DNA of 56,630 nucleotides from Girardia tigrina (Eukaryota): NCBI GenBank assembly GCA_001938485.1, contig MQRK01228361.1, positions 1 to 56,630 of the forward strand, read 5' to 3'. Shown piece by piece: positions 1 to 13,249 of this stretch (position 1 is its first letter; each line of letters starts with the position of its first letter). The notes under the pieces were generated by a model. It saw only the letters and a program-made list of their open reading frames with translations, ran no database searches and was not told where the DNA came from. The position numbers and the translations under genes were made by a program.

Positions 1-1539
1 GTTTGTGTTTTATCAGATTCTGCATTATAAATCTGTAACATGCTTTCTAATTTCCGGATTTGATGTTGTCCATCTTGTAGATCAATTTGAGCTTGTAATA
101 ATTCATACTGACTATTATCGATCATTTTCATAATTGAAGATAAATGACTGACATTTTTGTGAATAAAACTATCGATATCAATATTCACATTCATAAGTGA
201 AAACGAATACTTCAAATTCAATATATCTTTAAAAAACTGTGCGGTGATTCCGCTATTATTAAAACAATAACTTTTCACATTATATAAATTATATACATAT
301 ATATATATATAAATTATAATTTACATTTCCATTTTCTTTCATGCTAAAAAATTGCGTTTTATTGGAAGTATTTACAATAGAAATTTAAATTTTGATTTTA
401 CTCAATTTTTATTAACTAAAATTTGTAATTAATTAATTTATTTAATTTATTTTTAAAGGCATATTTCTTTAGTTAATTTTGCTTAAGTTCGCTCAAGATG
501 TCAATTATTTCAACCACTTATATTAAATTTACCACAGAATTGGAAGTATATAATAAACTTCCTTTTCTGGACATTCTTGTCACTAGGATGAATGGAGGCT
601 ATGTTGAGGGAATATCTCAAATTTTATAATTTATATGTATTTTTTGTTAAAATTAATAAATATTTACAAATATTTATATTTTTCAAAGATGGAATATTTA
701 TGATAAATAAATATAAAATTATATTTTTTATATAAATAAATAAAATATTTAAGAAGGTTTGAGTAAATAAAAGAGGAAGGAGAGACAGATATTTAAAATC
801 AAATAATAAATAATAAATTTAAATTAAAATAAAATTTCGGCTAATTATTCTAGTTATCTAATTTTAGTAACTAGTGAATTGGAAGCTTCGAAAACAAAAT
901 TCATTATAAATTGTTTATTTAATTTGAATTTTGATAATGGAAATGAATTTAACATACTGAAAAATAATTCTTGTGAATTTTTGCATTAATATACATGAAT
1001 ACTACAGAAAAAGAATTTAAAAGGTTATCTTAATGAAAGAATTTAAAAGGTTATTTTAACGAAAGAATTTAGTTATTTAAAACACGAGGAGGTCTAGATA
1101 CTTCATAAAATACAGTATCCCGAGAAAATCGTGGTCTGAACAGATCAAAATTGTAATACTCGAAAACATATTACTTAAAGAAAATAAACACACTGAAATA
1201 GTGTGAGGCAAAAAAGAAAAAAACAAAAAATTCGTTGAAAAAAACGAAAGTCATTCACACCGAAAGAGTGTAGACTTAACAAGTTGGGATCGACTATCAA
1301 TAACACTCAACAAATTTTAAAAAGGTTAATGCAACCTTAAGTTATTATATAATCTTATATATATTAAATATATCATATCTTTTATACATCACGCTGTAAA
1401 GTGTGATTTTAACCGTCAAAAACACAATCATTCGAGTTGTCGCTAAGACTCTCGAAATTAATATAAAATCGGCCAGGGGCCAAATAAAACGTTAATCTTT
1501 TAAACACTTTGATTGTAATTAATTGTAAATAAGAAATAT

Positions 1540-2330
1540 ATTTTAAAATAAGGGTTCTTTTACTTTTAATAAAAACACAACTAATACTCAACAGCTATAA
1601 AACTGAATTATTCAGAAAGGTAACAGACACAGGTCTTTACACAACACCACAGAGTTTTTATGAGGAAAAATATAGAGAGGGTATGATAAAAGGCCTTGTT
1701 CACAAAGTTTGGAATTTGTCGTCCAGTTTTGAAATTGCAAATCAGGGTTTAAATATTCTTAGAAGACACTTGAGGGAAAATATGTATACAAACAAGTAAA
1801 TAGAACACAACATTAGGATAACATTAGACAAAATATGTACATATGCACGAGTTAAGAAATAATTAAAAGAAGAAAATACTGAAGAATACAAACAAATCAT
1901 TAAAGTTCCATATTCTGAAGGATTTAGAGCTTTTAAGAAAAGTATTTGTAGAACAATAAGTAGTGCTAAAGTAGTCTCTGTCACATCAAAGTTCAAAGTC
2001 TCCTGTCAAACAAATCGAAAACAGTTTGTGATTTGCAAGCTAATCTGGTATATAAATTTAATTGTCACGGGTGTCAAAACTCGTACATCGGAGACACAAA
2101 TCGTCGTCTCAAAACCCGGATTAGCGAGCACTCGCAAATGAGTCGATCGAGTAAGGTTCTTGATCATTGGTATGTTGTAAGGATAGAACCTCATCCATTT
2201 CAAAAGATGAGTTTTCTGTTCTACAAAATGGATTTCATTCACATTACGAACGACAGTTTTGTGAATCTCTACTAAATAAGACACTGCAACCCATCAATTA
2301 ACATTCAGAATGGTAATTATGTTTGCATGT
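1540..2330 (+). mobile_element. Penelope-like retroelement fragment (RT C-terminus plus GIY-YIG endonuclease), decayed
   Basis: ORF 2033-2275 contains NLVYKFNCHGCQNSYIGDTNRRLKTRISEH, a PLE-type GIY-YIG. Upstream sequence reads FRKVTDTGLY...GLVHKVWNLSS (RT C-terminus). Frameshifts are present. Confidence 0.88.
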
Positions 2331-2832
2331 GTGTTTTTGTGCACATATGCTTGTGTGAGCATGTGCTAATTAAATTCCTATAATATAAATGTAATTGTTA
2401 AAAGATCTTCAACTATTATTTAATTTGATAATTAAATTCAACCAAATTTATTAAGGTTAGAATTTCGTATTCTACTGTTTTTAAATGAAACACACTGTAT
2501 TAGAGTATGCATTTATTTTGTTTTCTACATTTCAATTGGTTATTTAATTTTAGATTCTGATTTTTATGTAATTTTCAATGCAATTCATATTATTTTTAAT
2601 TTACTGAAATCAAATGTAACTTATTTGACTTACTATTAAATTTTTTTGTAAAAATTTACTTTTTTACATACCGATAAAAAGAGTACTTCATCAAAGTATA
2701 TCTGCATAAAATAAGTCAATTCAGGTCTCATTTTCAGATTTTTTTATTTATATCGAAGATTATGTGAATATATATTTTTAAAAACCGTTAATTAAAGCAA
2801 TAAAAATAAATTAATCGCATCAATTACAAAGT

Positions 2833-3195
2833 TCATACCATATAAAGTTGCCGTTTGCTATTCTTTTTATGTAATTGGTTCATAATTTTGATCTCTTTCA
2901 TAAAATTTTTCGCAAAATTTTTATCACCTTCACTCACATTAAAATATGTTTGTATTATTTTTTTAACATTTTCAACGGTAATTATTTCGTAATTTCCGTT
3001 TTGTTCTCTGATTTCCTTTTGTAAGTTTTGTAATTTCAACAAATACACCGATGAGAGCTTTTTGATCGATTTTGCATTTGTCAAATGTTGAGAGAACAAT
3101 TTTCTTTGGAATTTATAGACGAAATTATTTAAACCATAAAAACGCCATTTATTTAAATTGGTTAAAATATTCAAACTTTTAACATTGATATCCAT
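2833..3195 (-). CDS. 120-aa Lys/Asn-rich ORF of unknown function
   Basis: Uninterrupted ATG-to-stop ORF in very AT-rich DNA. No recognisable motif. Confidence 0.25.
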   Translation of the reverse strand: MDINVKSLNILTNLNKWRFYGLNNFVYKFQRKLFSQHLTNAKSIKKLSSVYLLKLQNLQKEIREQNGNYEIITVENVKKIIQTYFNVSEGDKNFAKNFMKEIKIMNQLHKKNSKRQLYMV

Positions 3196-3266
3196 TGTCG
3201 ATTATCAATATGATATTTTTATATAAATATTATTTATTATGTAATATGATTTTATTTTATATTTTA

Positions 3267-3447
3267 CTAGAGGCCTGCCGGCGTTGTCCCAGGGCAAATT
3301 AGTTACAAATTCGAGTACTTTTCGCAATTACATGCCTTTAATGAATATTATATTAAATTTGTGTTATTAGATTTTTCGGTGTAATTAAAGTGTCTTTGTA
3401 TACTTTTTTATTCCATACTTCATATTAGCTTGCTTTCTATATATATA
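3267..3447 (-). mobile_element. Short non-autonomous Helitron-like element (3' end)
   Basis: A|CTAG at 3267 is followed by a GC-rich imperfect hairpin (gcctgccggcgttgtcccagggc), which matches a reverse-oriented Helitron 3' end. It runs into a (TA)n tract where the mariner is inserted. Confidence 0.45.
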
Positions 3448-4935
3448 TTAGGTTGGTCGAAAAATAATGGCGGTTTTGGGACACAAACTTCAAAGACGTG
3501 CAAATTCGCAGAAACAAAAGTTTATTAATCAAATGAACCGTATGAACCGTTGGCATCAATACATTTTTGCCAACGAGAAACAAGTTGTTTTATTCCATCA
3601 GCAAAAAATGCATCGGTTCTCGAAGCGACAAATTCTTGGAAGGCATATTGAGCATCATTTTGGTTTTTGAAAATTTTTTCACGTAGGAAGTTGTACAAAT
3701 GCCTGAAAAAGTAGAAGTCCGTTGGCAAGAGGTCTGGTGAATATGGTGGATGAAGCAGGGTTTCATAGCCCAACTCATTAAGCTTTTGAAGAATCACTTA
3801 TGAAATATCAGGTCTAGCGTTATTATTAAGAAGGATGGGATTTTTTCGATTGACCAATCCCGAACAAAAGGTTTTCAATTTTTTATGCATTTCATCAATT
3901 TCATGACAGTACGTCTCCGCTATGATTGCTTCAACTGGAGTTAAGAAACTATAGCATCACATCACCAAACTGTCACCATAACCTTACGAGGAGTTAGTTT
4001 CGATTTTGGAAATAAAGTTTGCAAATTATGACTTTGAATTTTAATCACGAACCCAATAAAATAAATAAGAAATTATGTTTGTATGAATAAACGGAAAAAT
4101 ACTTTTTTAAATTGTGCGATTGAATGAATATGAGCTGAAATACAATTTTAAATATCAATTTTTCTCGTTCCTATTTTATTGAGATTAAATTACAGGTAAC
4201 TTTGCATTGATATTTAATAAAGAATGAAATCGAGAAGCTTTAATTTTTATTTCCATCATCAAAACCATCACATTTAAATTTGCTTTGTCGCTATTATTTC
4301 ACTTTTAATATAATAAAAAAAACATTCTTGGAGTCCGCCATTTTTTATTTTTTTTTAATTTTTATTAACACTTTTTTAAAGTGTTTCGATTTAATTTGTT
4401 CCCTTGTTTTATCTCGGTTTACTTTTCTTTATTAAAAAAATTTCTTTTATTATTTTTTAATGTTCGAATTTTTCTATTGATATTTTTTGATGGAGGGATT
4501 TTTTGACAATAAATATTAATATTACTAAATATGTATATTACTAAATGTATAAAAATTTCAAATACATTCCAGAATCGTGCATATTGATAAATTGTTGTCT
4601 GTTGATTAAAATTTTTTTTAAATCAGAATAAAACATTTAAATTGATTCCAAATAGAATTTCATCAACAGCACAATATTCCACATTTGCATGTAGAAGTAT
4701 GCAAAATAATCAGAGAAAATAACAAAATTATTTCAAACATTTCTCTCATTATTTATTATTTATCATATTAATAATTATTATTATCACTATTTATACTTCA
4801 ATTCACTGTTTTCTTGTTAATATATCTATCTTTACATATGGATTCTTAAATTCTGATAGACTGGAATTGTAACGTTATTATTATGTATTCGTATGAAATA
4901 AAATTTCTTAATGTGTATTAGAATTATTTTCCAAT

Positions 4936-4967
<32 letters not shown>

Positions 4968-5600
4968 TTAGTAATATACATTTACTGTCACCATAACTTT
5001 ACGGGGTGTTAGTTTCGGTACTTCATCTTTGTCCAACCACTGTGCAGATCGACGTCGGTTATCATACAGGATCCATTTCTCATCACAGGTAACAATACGA
5101 TCAAGAAATGGATCGTTTTTATTGCAAAGATGATTGGCAGAACAAATTTCATAGCGTCGGTTCTTTTTATTTTCATTCAAATCATGTGGAACCCATTTAT
5201 CAAGTTTCTTGATTTTTCAAAGTTGTTTTAAATGATCCACGACTGTTGAATGACTAATACCCAACCAATCTACAAGTTCTCTGATTGTTGTACGGGAATC
5301 TGTTTCCACCATTGTCCTCGAATTGTCGTTGTTCACAGCAACTGGACGACCACGACCTTCTTCATCTTCAAGGTTTTCATTTGCATCAGAAAATTTTCGG
5401 AACCATCGTTGCACTGTGCGCTCAGAATCTGTTCCCTTGCCAAACGCTTTATTGATATTGCGAGCCGTTTCTGCTGCTTTACGACCCAGTTTAAATTCAT
5501 ACAAGAAAATTGCTCGAATTTTAATGTTTTCCATTATTAATTTAGCACCGTAAATATTTTAAAAAATAACAGCAATATGTTAATAATGGCTATAGGAATA
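3448..5600 (-). mobile_element. mariner (DD34D, Hsmar1/cecropia-like) transposon, decayed and split by about 970 bp of unrelated DNA
   Basis: TIR ttaggttggtcgaaaaataatggcggtttt follows TA at 3448. N-terminal HTH at 5217-5534 (YEFKLGRKAAETARNIN...QRWF), IVTCDEKW in 4968-5180, and HPPYSPDLLPTDF in 3525-3797. Confidence 0.92.
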
Positions 5601-5763
5601 TACAGCTAGGCATAAGATTTCAAATAATATCTAACACTAATGTATNNNNNNNNNNNNNNNNNNNNNNNNNNNNNNNNNNNNNNNNNNNNNNNNNNNNNNN
5701 NNNNNNNNNNNNNNNNNNNNNNNNNNNNNNNNNNNNNNNNNNNNNNNNNNNNNNNNNNNNNNN

Positions 5764-5799
<36 letters not shown>

Positions 5800-5976
5800 C
5801 CATGGAATTTAGAAACATGTTTTTGAAGACTTTTTATCCAATCAATGTTTCACAAACTTTGTACGCTTAGTCATTTTAAATGACAATAAATAATATTTTG
5901 AAAATTTGATCAAAAAAAGTTAATTAACTTAACAAAATTTCAATTTCCATTCCTTATTACATTTTACAATGGAGTA

Positions 5977-6489
5977 TGTTACAAGAGGTGTATGTGTTAG
6001 TGTTTACGCGAATTTTGTTTTCCAAGTAGAGTTCTGCCCGCATAAATCATGGATATAAAAAATGTTTTTTGATTTACTAGTATTAAGAACATTAATTGAG
6101 TTTTCTTTACATTTATTAATATCACAATTTGAATTGCCACTAGAACAATTCTCCGTAAAACTTGAGCAGCTCGTCATCCTTCTTGATTGATAATCTTTAA
6201 TAATATTCTTTAACATCTTATTATTCAAACAAATTTAAATTACAATTTAATTATTACAAAAATAATTTATACTTTAATTTTGAAATAATTTTTATTTATT
6301 TTAAGAAAATATTATTTATGAAATATTAGTTTAATTTTAAAGTGATTATTTAAATTTTATTAATTGATTAAATAATCCGACGTTTTAAAATATTTAAAAT
6401 ATCGATCTTCCATCTGGTGGCAGAAACATAATCCTAAAACAACATACCAAACAACACACAATAAACACCATTCAAAAATATTCCTCACA
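5977..6489 (-). repeat. Probable solo LTR of the family also found at 11679, 12790 and 16328
   Basis: Shares the ccatctg...acacaa...attcctcaca block with the other copies and starts TGTGAGGAAT on the minus strand. The left boundary and TSD are uncertain. Confidence 0.5.
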
Positions 6490-6984
6490 ACTAGTTGTAA
6501 TATTTATGATTTATGATTTTGTATTCTTGATACGTAAAAAATAAAAATATGTTATGTTTACCATACAAATTATGATAAATTATATTTTGAAAAGTTTTTT
6601 CATTACTTAACACACTTTTTTTAACTATAAGTGATGGTTCTGGTTCATTTGCTAATTACTATAAAAATCCTTGTTAATTCCCATATCGAGAATAATATTC
6701 AGGTATCATTTCAAGAGATCCGACTAATATCCAAATCCAATTCAAAGATGTCTTAATCGGCTCATGAATCGAGAACTTTATATCAATAGCTCATTTTATA
6801 AGAAAAATCGATATTTTAAACATTAAATTTACAATAACAAATTACCAGTTTAAACAATGTTTTCATCATGGGTCTTTTAATGTCAGATCGTTAATCAATT
6901 CCAACAAAATTCAGTCCTTCCTGTTGGTTACTCATTACTGCCATTTTATTGTATTATTAATGTTAGTGAATTTATCTAGTATAT

Positions 6985-7370
6985 TTAAAGAATATATGCT
7001 TGGATGTAAGAATAAGTAAATGTTACTACTAAACTCAATAACCATAGCAGCGATTGAGATTAAACTTTGGAAAATTGTTTTAGACATCACCGGAAAGGAT
7101 TCTACAAAAACAAATTTCTGCGACATACTCCAGGGGGTATTTTCCTTAAGAACAAGTATATAATCATACATACATACAATTTTCTATTCATATATATCTG
7201 CCTTTAAGTAAACTATCCCGCTTAGGTTGTCAGTGAAAATTGTTTTTGCAGAAACCTTTCCGGAGATGTCTACAACCATTTTCTAAAGTTTCATGGCAAT
7301 GGTTGGGATATAGTTTTTGAGTCTATTCGTGACATCCACACATACATTCATTAATATTTATAAATAGGTT
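6985..7370. repeat. Inverted pair of related non-autonomous Helitron-like repeats
   Basis: About 7030-7160 (aaactttggaaaattgttttagacatcaccggaaaggattctacaaaaacaa) is a diverged reverse complement of about 7192-7325 (ttgtttttgcagaaacctttccggagatgtctacaaccattttctaaagttt). Confidence 0.7.
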
Positions 7371-9009
7371 ATACATTATATGATATTATTGAGTGTTTTG
7401 AACGTTAATTTTGATATTTTTGAAAAATAATTTAGTTAAAGATTGTTTCAGAAAATGATGATTGTTTTAAATTTTTAGATTATTTCAAATTTGGAATGAT
7501 AAATTCAGTCATTATTTTCTAAAACAAAAGCTTTCACTAAATCATTTTTTCGATTATATTATACATAAAGTTGCTGCAAGGTGATGATCGAGGCCATTCG
7601 ATGGCATCGTTACCTGACAGTATTAGACCAACAAGCGGCTGTCTCAATCTGTCTGGTTCGATGTCATTTAATGAATCTTTAAAGGTTTCTCCTTCTCCAT
7701 ATTATAATATTAAATTGACAAAATTTTCAGTAAATAAATAAATTATAAAATTATTGAGTTTATTTTTCTCTTTAATATAAATAATAATAAATAAAAGTAT
7801 TATATATCATATAACAATTAACAAACTTCTGATAGTATCAAAAAAGTAAAATATAGTAAGAAATTATTTGAATTTTTTAACCAAGTTATTATATATTGGA
7901 AAATACTGAATTTAATTACCTGAATTGATATTGGAATTAAAAAGAGAAAACTGAAACAGTAGTCTTATAAATAAAATATTCTACCAATTATCATGGTACA
8001 CGTACATAGAATTCTGTTTAAATACAATGAACTGTTATATTGTGCCCAGTTGCATTGTTCATTTATATTGCGATTTATACAGCTGTTATCATCAATTTCT
8101 TACTGACATACCAAACCCTATTTCACTCTCCTGCTTACCTATTGTTTTCCTATGGAAACAAGTTTTTCAATAGAAAGAAAAATTCATACACTGATACTAA
8201 ACAAGAGTTAAACACCACAATCTTTCAGGGACAATTTACACACTATTATGTAAAAGAATAAAAAAAACACAAATTGCATGAGTTTGGGATGTATTTGTGG
8301 AAACAATCAAGTTACTATTGTATCGTACGTTAATGTAATAAAATATTATACGAAATAATTGTGGGAAAATGGCGACTTAAACAAATATATCGTTAATATT
8401 TGTTTACAAAGTTGTTAACATTAATAAATATGAATAATTATAATAAAAATAAAAAGATTCCTTTTTCGAAGGAAAGAGACGTTCTTCCATTTGGTGATTC
8501 TTCGAAACATGGTCTTGAAGGGGTGTAATAATCGGGTTTCTTCTTTTTTTCTAAGACCAAGTAGAGACAAAATAAAATGATTTACAATTTAATTATGACC
8601 ACTTCAACTCAACAAATTCGAAAAAAATATTAACAAAATCATTAATCATAAAAATGAATAAATAGTCTGGATATTAGTGATAACGATAAAAGTACTATTT
8701 TTACGTAAATAATCATTGAAAGATTGTCAAAAAAATTTAATCATTTGATATTTATACAAAATATTTTCGAAAATAAAATATAAACAATTTTGAAAATATG
8801 TTAAGTACAATTCATACATAATTGACAAACGGGAAGCTTTAGAAAGGACAAAAAAAGTGTTTACATCTCAGAAATAGAATGACTCTGTTAATTATTTAAT
8901 ACGTCCTCGTCTAAAATAACGAAGACAGAAATTTTCTTGATAACAAAAGAATGATTTTACCATAAGATTTAATTGTTTTATTTTCTTACACAAATTTGAT
9001 AATAATACT

Positions 9010-10153
9010 CATTCACTTTTGTTGCCATAGATTCCATAGAAAGAACATCTTAAACCAGAAGATCATGTAAACCCTTGATTCGAAGTGAGTTATCATTAAT
9101 AATAACAAATTCATGATACTAATTTACCGCATAGAAAGTCTGACTTATACATCCTAGTTTGTATGATAACATCACAACTTTTCTCCATGATGTCTAGTTT
9201 GTTGAAGGTCGGAGTTCGAGTTAAGTAACCAAGCCTCTTAATCGACCATGCTTGAGTCCAATATAACTTACATTGAGAACACGTTAATTAAACACGTTGA
9301 CTGCCCTCCATATTTTATGTTATAAATATGTCGGTCATGCGTTATGGGAGTGGCAAACAATATAGTATTCCGGTCCATTGCTCCCATCAGCTGTGCTCCA
9401 AACCATTCAATTGTGTAAAGTCTTCTCAGCTTTAGACTGCGTAGAGCTCGTCCCGACTGTTCTGAGAAATCATCGTATCGTTTTGTCCGACGATTGAGTC
9501 TCTGTCTTTGAAGGCGGCCGGGTCGATGGCGGTCCGATTCAACCAACACGGATCGTTTCAGAATCGCATAGGTGGCCCCGCGGGAGAACGATTGTGAGGA
9601 GACGTGTGATTTGGTGTGGCATGAAATGTTCGAGCTGTCTGTTGCAGATCATCATGACCATCATTCATAATAGCATACATCTTTGTGTTAATTGATGTTT
9701 CAAAAGATGAAACGCATTGGTCATTAAAAACGAAAGGAAAGATGAACATGTTGACGAAATAATATTTATTGGAATTGACATCACATTCGTACATGCGCTA
9801 AAACAAGTCACTTTTAATTTAACTTTTATTAAATATACATATTTATATATATTTTTACACATTAATAAAAATTTTGTTTTTAAGAGTTTTTCGTGTGAGC
9901 AGTACAAATATATTTAAATAAAAAATATTATAACCTAATTTTTTGTTTAATTTAATTATTTATTATATTTTTATTCCTGAAAGAAATAAAATTTTCTGGT
10001 TACGAAATACAGAAATGTTTCCATATTTTTGTCATTCTTTATTAACGTCACACCATTCCATTTATGTGGTATGTTATGGTTACATAAGTTTAATATGTAA
10101 CAGTTAACCAATTTATTATCATCACATCTGTGAGAATGTTGTAAGTACATCAT
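9010..10153 (-). CDS. Putative multi-exon host gene, product unknown
   Basis: GC-elevated open frames (about 9630-9272: ...SRGATYAILKRSVLVESDRHRPGRLQRQRLNRRTKRYDD...) can be joined through roughly 37-44 nt GT-AG introns, with donors gtatgc near 9679, gtaagt near 9271 and gtaaat near 9127. Exact boundaries and extent are uncertain. Confidence 0.45.
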
Positions 10154-10424
10154 GAAATGAATTAATACTTTTTAATGTCAACAGATTAATAGACAGTTAT
10201 TTAATTTTATTATCGTATCATAACAGTGATCGGAAAATTACAATGACCTTGAAAATATAACTGATTTGAACATGGAAATAAATACTTATGTTCACATAAT
10301 AAAATTATCTATATGATTTATTCCATACTTAGTAACTTGACGATAATAACCTTGCATGATAACATTCTGAACCACATTAAATTATAAATTGGTGTCATTT
10401 TAGGTAATTTTTAATCCGAAAAGA

Positions 10425-11163
10425 ATGATAGAAACGCATCCAAACACGATTCCATTCAGATTAATCAAATCCGATAACCACTCCAACAAAAAGAGTTCTT
10501 CCAAAAGAGTTACTTTTGCTGACGAAAGAGGATATAATTTGATAAGCGTGGAAAAATTTGATGATTTGCATAATATAAACCTCAACGATATCAGTAAGTA
10601 AATCTTTTCAATTTAATATGGATTATATTCTCTTCCTAGATGGAACGAAGTCGGTGTTTAGTAATTCAGGATTAAAATTCCTTTATCCAAATTTTGACAG
10701 ACAACTAGAAGAAGTAAATCAGAAATGGACCTTTAAATTCGCTGATCCGGCGACCGACTTATTCAGTGTGGAGAAACGTGTCGTTAATCAATTCGTAGCT
10801 TTAGATTCGATACGATTATTTTCAAGATCAAATGAAGAAAATAAATGGCAACTAAGCGGAACAGTAAAAGTCAAAAATATAGATAATAAAAAAACCGTGA
10901 TCATCAGAGCCACGTTCAATAATTGGCATAGTTTTGAAGATTACAGAGCTATATATTGCTTCACTTCCTACTTTTCCTTCATTCGGAATACATCCGAAAG
11001 TTGTGACAAATTCTGGTTTCAGTTTTTACTGCCTAAAATTCAACAAAATGAAGATGTATCAGTGGAATTTTCCATAATGTGTAAATATAAAGACAACGAA
11101 TATTGGGATAATAATAACGGGAAAAATTACTGTTTAGTTGGAAATTATTCTTTATATTTGTAA
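10425..11163 (+). CDS. PPP1R3: Protein phosphatase 1 glycogen-targeting regulatory subunit (PPP1R3 family, CBM21), about 230 aa
   Basis: Exon 10425-10593 encodes KRVTFAD (PP1 RVxF docking motif). The 46-nt intron 10594-10639 (gtaagt...cctag) is phase-consistent. Exon 10640-11163 encodes CBM21 motifs GTVKVKNI..KK.V.IRATFNNW and EYWDNNNGKNY. An additional upstream exon is possible (acceptor-like ttttag ending at 10403). Confidence 0.92.
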
Positions 11164-11678
11164 ACGTTTTCTTCTTTTCTATCATCTGGGATAAAACAAA
11201 TTTTGTAAATAAATTGTTTTGAAAACATTAAATTATTCTTCCAAAGTGAAGTGAGAAAAATATTTTATTTTTTTCATCTAAAAAAATACTTTTTAATCAT
11301 TTTCGTTCTCTGAGATCATTATAAAATTGGAAAATCTTTAAAAATCGTTTAGTTTGAAATTGTTGGGTGATAAAAAAGAACTGAATGAGAAAATGAAGGA
11401 ATTAAATTATTTATAACATGAAGATTTCAAAACTTATTCAGGTCGACTATTTGTCATATGATTTCTTTTAAACTAAATATTAAAAAGGCTTGGAGGTAAA
11501 CATTCCAAAATACATGATGTCCGTAAGAAATATTTGTTAACAATTTATTTAATTTAATGTTCTTGGTTTTTTTAATATTTAGGGGGTTTTAAAAGCTTAA
11601 AAACCAATTTTAACATATCGTTATGGTTGTTATTTTAGCGGAGTTGTAAAATTTAGTATGATAGAAGTATCATATCAA

Positions 11679-12130
11679 TGTTATAGTATTTATTATAACT
11701 TTATAATTAAATAAAATTATCAGTATTAATAACATCAATATGAGTTTCACAAAATTTATTAATATCACAAGCGCATTCACTATTTGACTTTTTTCTTGAT
11801 CAATATATTTCTGAGTTCAAACTAATTATTTTCAATAAATGAAAATTTGTTAATAAAAATTATTAGTTATAAAAAATCTAATTGGTTAAGATTAAATCTA
11901 AACATTTTAAAAAAGTACATATTAAATTATATTGAAATTTTAAGCTACATTAAAAAATAAATAAAATACATTCAAAAATTATTTTAAATCTTTTCACTTT
12001 AAAATTAAATTATTTTTAATTAGTAGGAATCAAAGAAAATACCAATTATCCATCTGACTAGGAGAGGCACATTCAGAATCAACATACAACATGAACAATA
12101 TCAACACACAATTCAAAACATTCAGACACA
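11679..12130 (-). repeat. Solo LTR
   Basis: TG...CA ends, flanks atcaa/atcag (5-bp TSD with one mismatch), and the conserved ccatctg..ggagag.cacatt...aatcaacatac core. Confidence 0.65.
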
Positions 12131-12789
12131 ATCAGCACTTTTAGTTAGATAGCTAAATACTAATTATTTTTCACGGGGATAATTAATGAGCAGTCTTTAT
12201 TTACACAAGCTACACTTTACTTATAACATAATTAAATTTTTTTTACATCACGTGCTTGAATGCAAGGCCATCGTTTGTAAATAGAGCCGAAAGTTACAAG
12301 AATTTACAAAGACATTTGTACTAACACCGTAATCGAATTATGTTTTATCACTTTTTTTGTTTCTTTCCAAATATTTTTATGCAATTTTCAAATTGAATTA
12401 ATTTTTAACCATTGGTTTTAATTCACGACAAAAAATTGTTATTTAAAATCACTTGGAAACTAATCTCCACAACAAACACAATGATCACTCAAAAAATTTA
12501 ATTTTTTAACACAAATGCAAATTTTCCGGCTCTCATTGCTACGCAACTACACAGCTAAACAACAGTGCAATATAAATCCAAAAGAACTTTCAAAATCAAG
12601 AAAAATAAATCTTTACAAAAAAATTAACTTTCAGATAAATAAAAAATATTTTCGTTTAATTTTAATTTCTTTTAAATTCTTTTATTTAAAATCTTAATTC
12701 GAAATAGCTTAAGTTTAAATTTTGAGGGCGTGATTCACACAATTTATAATTCTAAAGACAATGTAGACAAGAGAAAAAGCTAGATTCAT

Positions 12790-13238
12790 TGTGAAGAATA
12801 ATTGGTGTGTTGATGTTTTTGTGAAGTGTTTGCATGTTTAAATGTTGTGTTTTGATTTGGAATTGTGTCTCGCCTAATCAGATGGATGATCAATATTTAA
12901 ATTCTTATAATCTGAAACTAATTTATTGAAATTTAGATTTAATGTTCAAAATTTTAATTTTTATAATTGTAAATTTTAAATAATTTTATTGATTTTATTT
13001 TTGTAAATTTTTAAATAATTATAATTCAATTAATGTTTAAAATGATTATAAAAAGTAATTTTATTTTAGTCAATAAAATTTAAATTAAATATTTTAAATA
13101 AAATAATTTTCTGCCAATTAGATTGGGATGAGAAGTATTAAACATAGAGTGATGAATTTAAGTGCAAGCAATACTATTGATTGTCATAGAGATGACCAAA
13201 ATTGTAAATATTTATCAAATTTCTGAGTTCTCTTAACA
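12790..13238 (+). repeat. Solo LTR
   Basis: TGTGAAG...TTAACA with a perfect 5-bp TSD ttcat (12785-12789 and 13239-13243). Same core as the 11679 and 16328 copies, in inverted orientation. Confidence 0.75.
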
Positions 13239-13249
13239 TTCATAAAATA

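Noticed and set aside
602-872. Possible solo LTR (tgttgaggg...gtaacta)
   Set aside because: No CA terminus or TSD found, and no clear similarity to the other LTRs.
4335-4344. YY1-like CCGCCATnTT motifs (related sites near 8367, 44773 and 50349)
   Set aside because: Too short to call as regulatory sites without TSS or ChIP data.
5606-5870. ORFs spanning N-runs (also 19091-19795, 19151-19768, 33442-34488, 49486-49932, 50890-51075)
   Set aside because: These are artefacts of translating assembly gaps and (TA)n tracts.
7581-7617. GTGATGA...CTGA resembling a C/D box snoRNA
   Set aside because: The boxes are only about 26 nt apart with no terminal stem. An exon-like island is a more plausible reading.
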